DNA of 63,999 nt, filler included, from Perkinsus olseni (lineage: Eukaryota), in the NCBI GenBank assembly GCA_013115125.1. It is 5 parts of 5 records of this genome, joined end to end, with 100 filler letters (N's around TTAATTAATTAA, not from the genome) between each part and the next. Parts side by side here need not be neighbours in the genome. Positions count along the whole stretch, not along the records: positions 26,338 to 39,379 come from JABANN010000774.1; positions 39,480 to 52,378 come from JABANN010000776.1; 3 more parts are not named here. One strand, given 5' to 3'. Position 1 is the stretch's first letter, and the number at the start of each line of letters is the position of its first letter. A program made the position numbers and the translations under genes. This document shows, piece after piece, positions 36,262-48,641 of this stretch. The notes beneath the pieces were generated by a model. The model did no database searches, was not told where the DNA came from, and worked only from the letters and a program-made list of their open reading frames with translations.

Positions 36262-38940
36262 CAAGAAGTACTCTTCATAACGCCCTTTGAGTTGCGTCAG
36301 GGCCAAGTCCAATTTTCCTTGCTAGCCAGCATTGGATACCCGAGCAGAGGTCTGGATCTCGTTGGCTCCGCGTTCGTCTGCTAAGCTTATGCGCAACGGA
36401 CAACCACTTTGTGCCATGCACTTACTATTGAACAGCGACCCCTCGTTATCGACAGCTTATCTTGTCAACATGGAGTCATGTTCCTCCTGAGAACAGTAGC
36501 GCTACTTCGTATCGATGAGTTGGCTCGTCTCGGGAAAATTCGCGGACAATTTGAGAGCCATTTAGTGGCTCTCCGCAAACAGCCTGGTATGAGAATCATC
36601 TATTCCACTGTTCACCATCACAAACCACGAGTGCCTTCCCCGGCAGCTTCCGTATGGCCTTTGCAACACTCCTTCAAACGTTGCACGCTGCGCTTTACAT
36701 ACAGTGCGTAGATCGGGTGCTCCCATGCAATGAGGCTCATTGTCCTCCGTCAGGGTTTGCCAGTTCAAAAGATTGCCCTCGGGCGACGGAGTGGAACTAA
36801 GGTTGAGAAGTATCTTCGAGACGCATGGTGCGTCACGCATCTAGTCTAATTCCACGACTTGCACAGCAAGTTTCCAAGGTAGAAGCAGCACCCGCGAACG
36901 GGTAAGCCGGGAGTTTGGGACTCCTCTGGTACGTCCGGCTTCGTTGCGTTTGTCTTCGCACGGACGCTCCCGCCTTGCCACAGAACTTCCTGACGGAACC
37001 CGGTTCGACGGGACTTGGGTTGTGTACCCGCTGTGCGCAGCCAAACGCAGGAACTGTTGGCGCAAGGCCACAGGAAGGGCATTCGGCGTAGCTCCTTGTC
37101 GCCCTCACCGCCTGCAGGTCCGTCGTGGCCACCGCCCCGACTCCCAGTCCCCGTAGTTAGAGGTTTCACCTCCTGTTGAGCTGCTCAACAGGAGCAACTT
37201 GACCATTCATCGCACAAAATGACGAATTTTTCAATCACTCACTCGTGTCAAAAAGTTCCAAAGTTTCAACCGCAAAATGTGGAATCTTCTTAACATAGGT
37301 GAAAAGTTTTCACTGAAAACTTATACAAGGCGTATACTCGAGAAAAGGCCCACCCATGGTAACTTCGTATTGCGAACGAGTTACGGCTTCCAGTGGGCCC
37401 TCGACAGGAAGCTCTCATCGTGCCCCAAAGGGTGGTGTGCTGACTTACAGCCGCTTTTTCTTCCGTGTTATTCAAGCGACAAACGAACCATCCGAACGCT
37501 AGAAACCCCTCGAAAGATGCTTTACAAAGTCGAAAAACGTAGGACGGGTCCTGCAGACAAATGAGGAGTCCTCATTTGATGTGGCCGTCACGCCACATGG
37601 CCAATCCTCTTCGTTTACCCACGAAAACGACTCTCACATCTACCCCTTATAGTTTACCGTTGGGTCCTTAAGTACTGCGATCATCACTCCCCCATCCTAC
37701 CTCATTCTTCCTTACGAGTGTAGTTCATAGTCGACGAGCTAGCGGCCCTCCAGACGACCCTTGCGCCGACGCGCACAGCGCATTCCACCGAACGTGCGGC
37801 AGGAGGCGTTCCAAGACCTGACACCGTGCACCGGTCGTGAGCTACAAGCTGTATGAAGCTTGTTGTCTAGCGGTATTCTCTTCGAACGCGGAACCTCCAC
37901 AAAGCGCAGGAAGCCCTGAACGTACGCGTGCAACTGCGCAAGAGGCTTACGCGCGCCTACGGCGAGACAGCAGCGTAACCCTTCTCACGCTTGTACCGCA
38001 GAAAACTGAGGTCGCACGGGATCCCTTGAGATGCCGTATTAACAACTCGGCCCGAGAAGGGGATACCGTCCCCACTACAGCCTGTAACAGGGTGAGCGAT
38101 ATAAACCCATTGCGCGTCACACTTCCCACTGTACATTCTTCTTCAACTCACATCGCCCATCCTAGTATTGTCGAGCCCATCCAGGCCGGCGATGGAGGGT
38201 TGGCAACCAGAGGACCTCTACCGGAGACTCACCTACCTGCTCACGGGTTCCAGTGTCACTGAATGATGCCAAGCGGAAACTCAAGGCTCGGGTTCCTGCA
38301 GGTCTCGGAGACCTGTCTCCTCAGACTTGTACCGCGTGCACTATAACTCAGTACAGTGTGGCTATTTGAGACGGGGCTCAAAGAGAGGTAAGACCGGACT
38401 CGAGAGGAGTTCGGGAAACTGATCTAGTTGTTGGATTTATGATGAACGTATGTTCCATAACATGACGAGGAACGCACGTGTTCACTGGGACGAACGTACG
38501 TACTACGAGCAAGGACGCACAAAGAGCAAGGCGGGTACGTAGCAGCAATGAAGTTAGTTGTCACTATACTGCACGCGGATGGCGGGGAAGGGTGTGATGG
38601 AGCGTGGTACGCCAGCAGGAGGTGCCTCGCTGCTAGAGGCTCATCCTCGAGCGGTTCAGGACGCCTCGGATCAACGCGGCACGGATACTACTTGACGACA
38701 ATGTGAGAGCTTTGACAGAGTTTTTCTTGCAGCCCCCTAGGGGGGTGACAGAGATAGCGAAGGGCGCCCTGCTCACAGCACCGAGACATTTTCGAGCGTC
38801 TCCAATGAAGACTCTTCATGTTCGTCTCGAATTGATCCTTATTGCAACTGGTTGTTATGATCTGTGTCCTTTCGAGTGATAGTCAAATTGCCTGGGGGAG
38901 GGGAGGTGAAGCGGCAGGTTTGTCTCGCACGCCTCCCGGA

Positions 38941-39379
38941 ATGATGATCCGTGGTATCGTCATTATCATCATGACCATCACTGAGGCCTCTGCTCACAGT
39001 TGGGTGTTTAATCTGAAGGGAGACATTAAGAGTGGGGTCCCGAGGATGGGGCCAACAACCCACAACCACCCCGACCAGTATTATGCGGTGAGTAGCTCCT
39101 TCTCGACTCATACCGGTGATGCTTCCCTTCAGCGCCCAATGTGTCCCAAGCCGTCCTTAAGTCAGTGCGAGGGTTTACCCCCGCCTTACAAGCCCTTGGA
39201 CGAGACCTCTCTGAGGCCTTGCAGGCGTGCTGGCTCTGACGGGGCTCCTAACATGCTAAGTCGCGCGGAGGTTACTCGAGGTCCCCTCGAAGGTCTTCTC
39301 TCGACTTCTGATGTATCCTCTTCAGGTGGGAAGCTTCATATCTCTTGGATGGGCAATGGTCACACTAACTCGGTCTCTG
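38941..39379 (+). CDS. Secreted protein with predicted mature N-terminal His (LPMO-like His-brace candidate), truncated by the contig end
   Basis: MMIRGIVIIIMTITEASA|HSWVFNLKGDIKSGVPRMG...GGKLHISWMGNGHTN; 45-nt introns 39088-39132 and 39281-39325. Confidence 0.65.
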
Positions 39380-39479
39380 NNNNNNNNNNNNNNNNNNNNN
39401 NNNNNNNNNNNNNNNNNNNNNNNTTAATTAATTAANNNNNNNNNNNNNNNNNNNNNNNNNNNNNNNNNNNNNNNNNNNN
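39380..39479. other. Artificial contig linker
   Basis: N44-TTAATTAATTAA-N44. Confidence 0.97.
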
Positions 39480-39524
39480 GCCTCAAACACGTAGTATGTG
39501 CTGAATTAGACTGATTTTTGTGAT

Positions 39525-39842
39525 TTGCATATCGAATTGGAACACCCTGTATCGGTCATGGCAGACGGATCCTGTTATGTGACGCTCCGTTGCAACAACA
39601 GGCAGACTATGACCTACCACTTGAAGCTCGCAGGGATGGGCCTTGGTAAAGCTTACAAGATAAAATCAACGGAGCTGCATACTTTGGAACAGCTCGTCAG
39701 CGACCTCAGGGTGACCTGTCCTAATCTACCGAGTGCATATTACACAGTAAAGAAGTGGGATACTGTGAGGTTTGCCTCCCCCGATGCGGTCTTCGTTACA
39801 GGCAACTACATATACGATCGTGCTTATCGCACATCTGATTAG
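39525..39842 (+). CDS. Hypothetical protein, possibly a C-terminal fragment
   Basis: Protein-like 105-aa ORF at the contig start; no domain recognised. Confidence 0.3.
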   Translation: MHIELEHPVSVMADGSCYVTLRCNNRQTMTYHLKLAGMGLGKAYKIKSTELHTLEQLVSDLRVTCPNLPSAYYTVKKWDTVRFASPDAVFVTGNYIYDRAYRTSD

Positions 39843-40699
39843 TGAAGCTGTTGGTACTGTATCTGTTTTAGGTTGACGCCAACTCATCAAGTTGAACTCA
39901 ACCTGGATCTATTTTTTTTGCAGAAACCGTTAATCTGCGGACACACTTTGGTGGCAAAGCTCGTTTTTCAAGATTCTTTCAAACGGTGAACACCATCTAC
40001 TAAGATAGACTTCGATATACTGATATCAGTCATGAGCAAAACCAGTGTTGGTCGATAAATCATTCGGTAGACCCGCTTTTTCCTGCTCATCATCACGGTT
40101 GCCGTTTTTGTGTTGCCAGTAATTGATTCAAGGTGTCCCCACTAGACACTAGTCTAGGGTGTATCTCATCTTATACACCTTTTAAAGGCATATTTCGCGA
40201 TTAGTAGTATGACATCAGTCATATCAGCAGTTAGTATCATCTCGCCCTGCGAAATTGATCTTACTAATCGCGAAATAGGCCTTTAAAAGGTGTAGAGACG
40301 ATTCCGCTTCTCGAATTCGAATTGTATCATTGAACATTCTCTCTAGAAAGTTAACCACTTCTTCGGAGCATCCTCTGCACATGTCCCAGATGCCACACAC
40401 GCTTGTATTGACACGCTTTAGTGAGCCGCTTCTTGACCAGTTAGATGGATGAAAAACACCCGGGCAAAGAACGAAGCGGGTGAAATCTGAATTTGTATTT
40501 TTGGGCGTTTTGCAACAACAAGACAACAGCAGTGTCCAGTGGTTACAGTAAATCGTAACGAACTTGATTGCTGAAGTCCGTTGCAGTTGAATTGACCAAC
40601 AACACAACACTCACTCAAAAAACTGCTAAGAATTGCCTGGTGTGATTGGAGCCATACTAACACAGTCTGTTAGATGGCACAGATATGATTCGAATTCAT

Positions 40700-41452
40700 C
40701 TAATCCCGCTGTTCAATAGCTGAGATCTTGTCCACCCTCCTTTGATGACGACCACCGCAGAAGTCGGTGTCGATGAATGTGGCGAGGATCTCCTTCGCGA
40801 TCTCAACGCCGGTCGTACGACCGCCCATTGCAAGCACCTGAATACAGCCGTTCATCACCCTTCGCGCGAACCAACACGACTTACGTTGCCGTTGTTGTGC
40901 ATACGCAAATAGCGTGCATCGTAGTTGCCATGACAAAGACCACAACGAATTCCCTTTACCTTGTTGGCCGATATTGACATGCCAAGGCCACTGCCGCAGA
41001 TAGCAACACCGAGACACTCTGAGGAGAACGATGAGAGTGTCAGGAAAAGTTGCTTCATTGTGTTGCCTTACTCGTTGTGTCGTCAATCTCCATTACCTTC
41101 CGGCCGAGTTTTTCGGCATAGTCAGGATAATCGACCTGCAGAAAGGAAAAGAATAGAGCAAACAAGATCGATTGAATTCATCTGTTGCGGGCGGAGGAGT
41201 CCACTTACGGAATCGTGGCTGAAGCAGCCGACGTCAATGACGCAGTCCTCAGGAGCTTTGAGGTCAGTTTGGACGAACTGAAGAGAAACGGTGACAATTG
41301 CATCATAACAAGCGTGATATGAAACTCACATTGATCATCTCATTCTTGAGATCGATACCGGCGTGATCAGAGCAGAATACGAGCTTCAAACCCTTCTGCA
41401 GACGAGCGGCGGCAGGCTGGAAAAGAAGCTTATCAGGCTCACTGGATTGCAT
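40700..41452 (-). CDS. rpiB: Ribose-5-phosphate isomerase B, copy 1
   Basis: SDHAGIDLK, VDYPDYA, ICGSGLGMSISANKVKGIRC, RMHNNGNVLAMGGR, TDFCGGRHQRRVDKI. Confidence 0.93.
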
Positions 41453-41891
41453 GATGTTCAAGTACGAAGTTTGAAAATAACAGTGATAACAACTGCAAAA
41501 CCGCGAACATATGAATCGACATCTATCAACGATCACGAGCACACGAGGAGTACCATCCCCCAGCATGACGCTAGTGTTCTCAAAGTCTAGCGACGACCGT
41601 GTTACTGCTGAAGGGACAGGAAGACCGTATTGTGTTAATGTCCAAATCTTTTCGTGGGAGCAGGACTAACCGAGACTCGGAAGTTCGCGTGGGCGGCTTT
41701 GCTGCTCTTGTCGCTGTCCCTCCGTAGAGCAACCGTCGACCGATGGAATTTACTCGCCTTTTGTTGTCTGATAAGTTCGCCCATTTCACAACTTATTTGA
41801 CACAACGATCATATCGCGTGGAGAGACATTGGGAGGGAACATTAGGAAGATATTCATCAATATTTCGCAAGTAGAGAAATTCAACAGAAAG

Positions 41892-42789
41892 TTAGTTCTT
41901 GTTCTCGAGAGCCATCATCTTGTCAATTCTCCTCTGATGACGACCGCCTTCGAAGTCGGTGTTGATGTATCTGGACATGATTGCAATCATCATGGCCGAA
42001 AAGACCACGAAGAAACAAGCCTACGTGGCGAGAATCTCTCGTGCAACTTCGACGCCCGTGGTGCGGCCTCCCATGGCGAGAACCTGAGCAAGAGGGGACG
42101 ATGAGTCAGAATAGTGGGAGGGTTGATCCCTTTACGTTGGCATTATTGTGGAGACGGCTGTAGCGGGCATCGTAGTTGCTGGAACACAAGGCACACCTGA
42201 GGGAGGGACGTTCAAAGAAGGACCGACAAAGGCGAGTGAGAGCCTTTCTCATGTACTACCTGATTCCCTTGCACTTGTTAGCCGACATCGAAATGCCGAG
42301 GCCCGATCCGCACATAACGACGCCTAACGCCTCTGAAAACAGCGCAGTCAGTGACCACCGAACACCATTTCAATTCTTTTGGAATTCTGCATGCTTGAGC
42401 CCAAGATACTACGGCCTAGACAGCAGCCCCTTACTACTGGTAGTGTCATCGGAAATGCTGAGGAGAGTCTTGCAGGCCTTCTCGGCGAAATCAGGGTAGT
42501 CGATCTACCAACAGAAGCAACGTCAGCAACACCAACAACTGCCCACTGCCATTACCGATTCGTGAGTGAAAGTGCCGACATCCGTGATGCAGTCCTCAGG
42601 GGCCTTCAACGTATTCTTCACGAACTGAGAGAGGGCTATTGGAGGGACTGCTCAGAATCACTGAGAAAGTACATCTATCATCTCATTCTTGAGATCGATG
42701 CCGGCGTGATCAGAGCCGAAGACCAGCTTCAAACCGTTCTGCAAACGGGCGGTGGCGGGCTCGAAGAGAAGCTTCTGAGGTGTCGACAT
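41892..42789 (-). CDS. rpiB: Ribose-5-phosphate isomerase B, copy 2
   Basis: GSDHAGIDLK, IDYPDFA, MCGSGLGISMSANKCKGI, HNNANV, TDFEGGRHQRRIDK. Confidence 0.93.
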
Positions 42790-44104
42790 GGCAGATGAAG
42801 GAGAGGGCTAAACACTATAAACTGACCCAAACGGTAATAGACTCCTAGACGACGGCGTCTAACTTCACATCAACATAAGCTGTGGTAGAGCCGTCGCCAA
42901 GAATGCGACAGTCGCGCGCGCCCGGAAATTCGATAGACACAAGCGAGTCCCCAGGAACTTTCCTCAAGATATCGTGTTCTCAAATCACATTCCCGGAACG
43001 CCACGGAGACGATCCTAGGAAAGCATTTCAGCAACGCCCAGCAATAACTTTCCCGAAGAACGTGCCTGGAGCGTGCATCGGGCTCTGCTTCGCTCGCGAC
43101 GAGCAAGCTGCGGAGAGCTTTGAACCTCGCGCGCAGCCAGTGAATTCAGCTTAGTACGCAGAGCGGCTGACTGCTATGCTCGTGACCCAGGTTCGACCCA
43201 AGAGAGAGGCAGTTTCTAATGACTACAAGAATGATGTCGCGCTAGGACTACTGTCTAACTGAGCTGGAACCGGCGTTGGACTATAAACTCACACACATTG
43301 TACATAGTCGTACAGGACAGTGGTCGCTGGCGAGTCTCGCTGGCACCGTCCCGAGGGTCGAACTAAATTACTCTGCGAAGAAGAAATCCTTGAGAGTGTC
43401 ACGTGACGTGACGCAGGTAAGTCCGGCTTTTTACGCAATAGAATTTTCCTCCCAACACAACTTTCCTCGCGTCATGGCTACTGAAGGCGAATACGACTCA
43501 GACGTGGATCTCAAGTCAGATACAGACGGCAGACGGGTTGTACGTGCGGGTTTACTGAATTCAATGCCCCTGCTAAGGTCACAATATAGCTTCACTTGTG
43601 GGCGGGTATGAGATCGTCGCAACGAACTCGACCGACCCTTGTTGCGAGAGAATATCTCTGACGTGTTCTGTGGGTGCCGCCAATGGTATGAGTGCGCCGT
43701 GATGGCCTGTGATGAACAAGTCATAGGCACGGGGGAGGCTGAGAATGACGTCGTAGCACGAGGAGAGAACCTGTTCAAGGAGGGTCCACTCAATCCTACG
43801 ATAACTGATAATACCTTGAAGGAATTGGTGTTCACCATGATCAACTTGATGCCATCAGTATGCGAGAGGGTCCGCAGCGCTCCGCGGAGAACGGCGTCTT
43901 CTCCTGCGGCACAGAACAGGGTCAGCCTGCTTTGTGTGGGCTGGACTCGCGGGGAGCGTCAAGCTATCGAAATATCAGTTGCACCGCCTCGCATTCAAAG
44001 TTATCTCGCAACAGTTGTATGGCATTCGACCTCCGTTCGTGTGTATCTTGAGCGCTCCCGCAGCGCGGCCTTCGGGGAGCATCTGTCTCCATGCTTCCGA
44101 TGAC

Positions 44105-44826
44105 TCAACCAACGAGTCGATCGTCTTGACCTGATGAGATTCTTACCACCACGTCCATCTCAATCTCCGCTCTCACCACTGCGCGCCCCCAGATGTATTC
44201 AATGGGCTCTTCCGCACCTCCAACCACAGGCCCATCCTTGTCCGAAACTGCCACCTCAAAGACTGTCAAGGACGAGGAGTTGAAGCCGTTTGTGTCTGAA
44301 AATGACGGTGGAAATAATATGTAATATATAATTTGTTGTAACAATACTGAAAAACATGTAGAGAATATTACGCGGCAGCGCCACGTAATTATCACGATAA
44401 TATAGGGCATTGCGGTCCGCAATTTGCGGACTTCGACTTAGGACTACAACCCCTCTCCGAGTTCTTACCACGTGAAGCCCTAATCATTTCGGCAAGCTGC
44501 TTCAGGGGTTCAGCAGCCATGCCGATAGCTCCCGTCACCGCGACAGCCCAGAGGACACAATCGCCCAGATGCGGTCCAACCTCAATAACGGAGGTCAACT
44601 GCATAGCCACGAATAGATCCATGAATGGACGGGTGCAGTAGGGAAGCCGCTCCGCCCTGACGCGATTGGAAATCAGGCCATCAGATCCCGCTCTGTGCGG
44701 GAAAACCATCTGGGTGTAGTGGACTGGCTCCTCTGTCCAGGGGCTGCGAGCCTCGATGGTCACTCGTGGGTGTAGCGTGAGGAGATCTAAGGCCTCTAGT
44801 AGGGGTGCTCGGCTCGACAATGTCAC
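44105..44826 (-). CDS. FkbM-like class I SAM methyltransferase domain (3' exons; gene probably extends upstream)
   Basis: VIEVGPHLGDCVLWA...AAEPLKQLAEMIRAS...NGF...VFEVAVSD. Confidence 0.55.
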
Positions 44827-47800
44827 GGTAAAATTGTGGGTAGCAAACTAATGGAAAGCAGTCGATGGTCATTCTGGATGATTGGGTACCTCAGTTATGA
44901 TACTCTGGGCGCTTTGAAGTTGCGGGACATGGTCCACGGCTCCAGAGGCATTCCAGGACGGTCCCAATGCGTCTTCGATGAAAGCCTCCTGGTCTTCCGC
45001 ACGAATGTGAGAGTACCGGAAGATATCCTCGAGCAGACTAGTCTCCAGTAGTCGCTCCGCCCGGTGATAGTGGACGGTCAGAGTCGCGCGGCTGACGAGA
45101 AGAGAAATGAGCGGCCCTCGGAGAGCTGCGGTACATTCGGGAACGCTTCAGCAGGGGCTCGGTCGTATCTTACAGTATCCCACAATCTCGCCGGCTTTCA
45201 AGGCTGACCAGATGCCGCACTATGTAGGGAATAGGAAGCACAACTCCGACTTCGGTCATGCGTTCGATTGCGGCACTAATAGGCCCCTGGAACCGAGGCA
45301 TTCGATGGGAAGCGAACTCCGCTCAGCGGAGGGCTCAGCTTTGTCTAATATGATGATAATGATGGCGCTCCGCGTCCATTTCCATGTTAGATAGTCCGAG
45401 GCCGCTGATCTCGCTTAACACCGAGAGATCAGAATAGTGAGACGGGTCACAGAAATAGGCTTTTTGTCACCCACCTCGAAGGGGCAGTCGCCCTCCGTTC
45501 GGTCCTGCAGTACGATCCTGTGAACAGTGGAGAGCAACGACAGTAGAGGCCACTCGGTCTCTAAGAGCTGAGAGAGCAGGGACGCTTTGCTTACCCACAG
45601 GTCTTGAGGCTGAGCGCTCGATCAGGCAGCATGTTGCATTTGCATTGCAGGCAGCATTCGGCTATCCGTGTATACTCACAGCTCCAGCATCCTCAAGTCC
45701 TTTCATGAGTGGCTCGGTAGCTTGAGGGAGTTCCGGCGGTGGGAGTGTGTAGAGCGTGATTAGGAGAGATAGTGAAGTGACGCCGGCTCGGCAGTCTACA
45801 CTGTTCGATAGTACAGCCGGGTCTATGTTCCCTCCGAACTGGAGAACCGGCGCTATGAGATCCAGCCGGTCGAGGTATCTGACACGTCCGCGTATCCTTT
45901 GGGGTCGGCCGAACGTTTCTCGAGTCGGTTTGTTATCAAAGGAACGCCAAATGACCAACTTGACCAATGCCAATGCCGAGATGAGACTGGCCTAGTCGCA
46001 CCAGGTTCAGAAATACACGCCGGATGAAGCCGATCGGTTAGACCGTAGGTTACGCTCTTCCTTCTCTCACTCTTTGTAGTGAGATGGGAGAAAAAGGCGT
46101 AGGGAGTGAAGGCGTTGCGGCGATGATATCCGAGCCATCATAACGCCGTTATAAAGTCCCTCTCCTCACTTTCCAGCATATCTCGTGAGTTCCTGTCTGG
46201 CCCATACCCACTCTGAGTCTTTGTCACAGTCCACAGCGGCGTGAGTGCTACTGATTAGGAAAGTGATGAGAACGTTGATGACGCCCATTTTTCGTACGAG
46301 AAAAACCACCCGAACTGACTGATAGGGCTGGCGATGATGCTTAGACCTTGTTCGCTATATTTCGCCGATAATCCTATCCAGAAAACGTGGTCTGATGAGA
46401 CGCTACGCCGAAGCTGAGCTGAGTCGTTGGCGACAATGAGACGGCAGATCAATGCCGAGTCTCTGCATATCTGCTCTGCGGCCACACTCGCCGGAGGGGT
46501 GGGGAATTTTCTGCTGGTTTTATACTGCTTCTCATTACATACTGGTGACCAGTATGCAACTCGCTAAGCCCCGGGGAGTTCTGAGTCGGCTCGGAGTCTC
46601 CGAGTCGAGAACCTAGCTCTTGCTCGCGCTCAAGCACTCATGGCGCGCGCTCAGGCACAAGCCTGGTGGCTCAATCCGCATGAGCTACGCAAGCACATAC
46701 AAGCCTCGCTTAAGCTGAGCGCAGCTTATATGCACATGCGTCAAAGGATCTCGAGGTATAAGGACCAGCTTTTTCAACTGCAAGTTGCTCAAAGAAGTCG
46801 ACATAGTCAAGTGTCGGGTCTGTAGCAGCCGACAGGCTCCGCCAAGCCAGGTCAAACGGAGCGTAGAGATTGCTACCAAGAGTTTACGAATTTTTCCCCA
46901 CTGGGACACTCTCAGCGCAGGCGTGAGTCTCGTGACACGCCGCGGTTGTACCTTCCTGAGAGGAAGTTCCTGCGGGAAATCTCCCAGGAGTTCTCGAACT
47001 CGCTCCCGAGGCAGATCCATCAAAAATATATCTCCCATGATCGCCCGATCTGTCATGGGTCGGAAATTTCATGAAATTTCGTGGGTTCTGTTGAAAAGAC
47101 GAAATCGAACACCCCGGGCGATAACGCGCTCCCCCGCGCAGTTATCCAGTGCGCTTAACCAGGCCGAGTGCGCCTGGCTTGAAACCATGATTCCAGGATC
47201 CACCATCATCATGGAAGTACCATGGTGTTAGAGCCGGGTGAAATACCATTAGTACTGCTAGATGATCAACTTGATCAGATCGGGGCTTGTATCTCGTCGG
47301 CTCAGAGTTGGGTTCCATATCCCGGAGTTATTATTCCGTGGACCCACATTCTCGTTGCGTTATTCTGGGTCGTCTAGTTATGGTGGTTGTCACTCGAACA
47401 GTTCTAATCGAACTTCAGAGTAACCCAACAAGATCCAGCAAATTGAACCTTCATATCACAAATCAGGCGACGAATTAGCACTGGTCGAAGCACAGATTAA
47501 TTAAGACTTCACAATGTGGACGAGGATGGACTGTCCATCATGGACACACAGTGTGCCCACATTTATGCAACCGGCAAAACTGTTGAGACACGACGCAAGA
47601 CCGATGGTGAGCGAAATTTTCCACGCGCGGAGTGCATTCAAGATTTGATGGCCCAAGCGTGCGTTTCATGAAATTTCATGAAGTTTCGCTTTCATAATAT
47701 GAAATATCATTTCATATTAATTCGCGCGTGCTCTCCGGTTTTGGCGCATGCTAACCAGGACCCTTCGGCGAAGGGCCTTCGGCGGTGTAATCGGGAGCAC

Positions 47801-47888
47801 AACCTTCGCCTCTATCTGTCCTCGTGTGGCCAGTCCTCCTTCAGTGGTGGTCTAGTAGACCAGGTCTACTTGAGGAGGTGATCCTTTC

Positions 47889-48092
47889 TTGTATGAACAT
47901 CCACTCCAGGTTGTTGAGTTCACTGAAAGCTCACTCGGCGAGTATTTCGTTGATCTTGGTACTCTGCAAGTGGGTGGTGCGCATTTAACTATCGGCATCA
48001 ACGAGGTCCTCCTCTTTGATACTGGTACCGATTTTTTATATGTCTCGCAGCTCTACTATGATGTACTACGGTACTCAACCTACTTCAAGTAA
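47889..48092 (+). pseudogene. Aspartic protease fragment (C-lobe DTG region)
   Basis: EYFVDLGTLQVGG...LLFDTGTDFLYV; no intact N-lobe seen. Confidence 0.55.
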
Positions 48093-48641
48093 ATCGCCTA
48101 AGCTTACTCTCCGGAAGAAAATTAGGCTAATAATCTCCATTAGTTAGCTTTGAATTCATAAACAGTGCGATGTGCGAATAATGGGTAGCAAACTCCTAGC
48201 CTGGGCTTTAGGTGGTTTTTGGCAAGATAGACTGAGGAATTCGAAACTCCGTTCGAAAGAATAGGTTTGTCCGTTCAGAGGTGTGGTTGAACCACACCTC
48301 TGTGGGAACCACAGTGGTTCCCACGCGTGCGAGAATCTAGTCTCGATTCTGAGGGGTAAAATCTCTGAGACATCCCAATCAATTCAAGTTCTAAATTGTC
48401 CCGCTAAAACGTGTCAAGCTGAATCAGCTTGAAACACTCGGAGCCCACTTTCAGGCCAGCATTGACGAACAATACTATCCAATAGGGTTAAACTCGAAAT
48501 ACGTTCAACGAGGTGAGCAAGATATATCATATTACCATCGAGTGGGCCTAAGAAGAGGGACTATGACGAAATCTTGATGAATGAGACATCATGATAGCTC
48601 TGCATAACTCTATGAGCCGAGCTTCACCAAGAAAAATAACA

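Noticed and set aside
31214-42789. LicD pair plus RpiB pair as a ribitol-phosphate glycosylation cluster
   Set aside because: Separated by an artificial linker; no evidence of physical linkage
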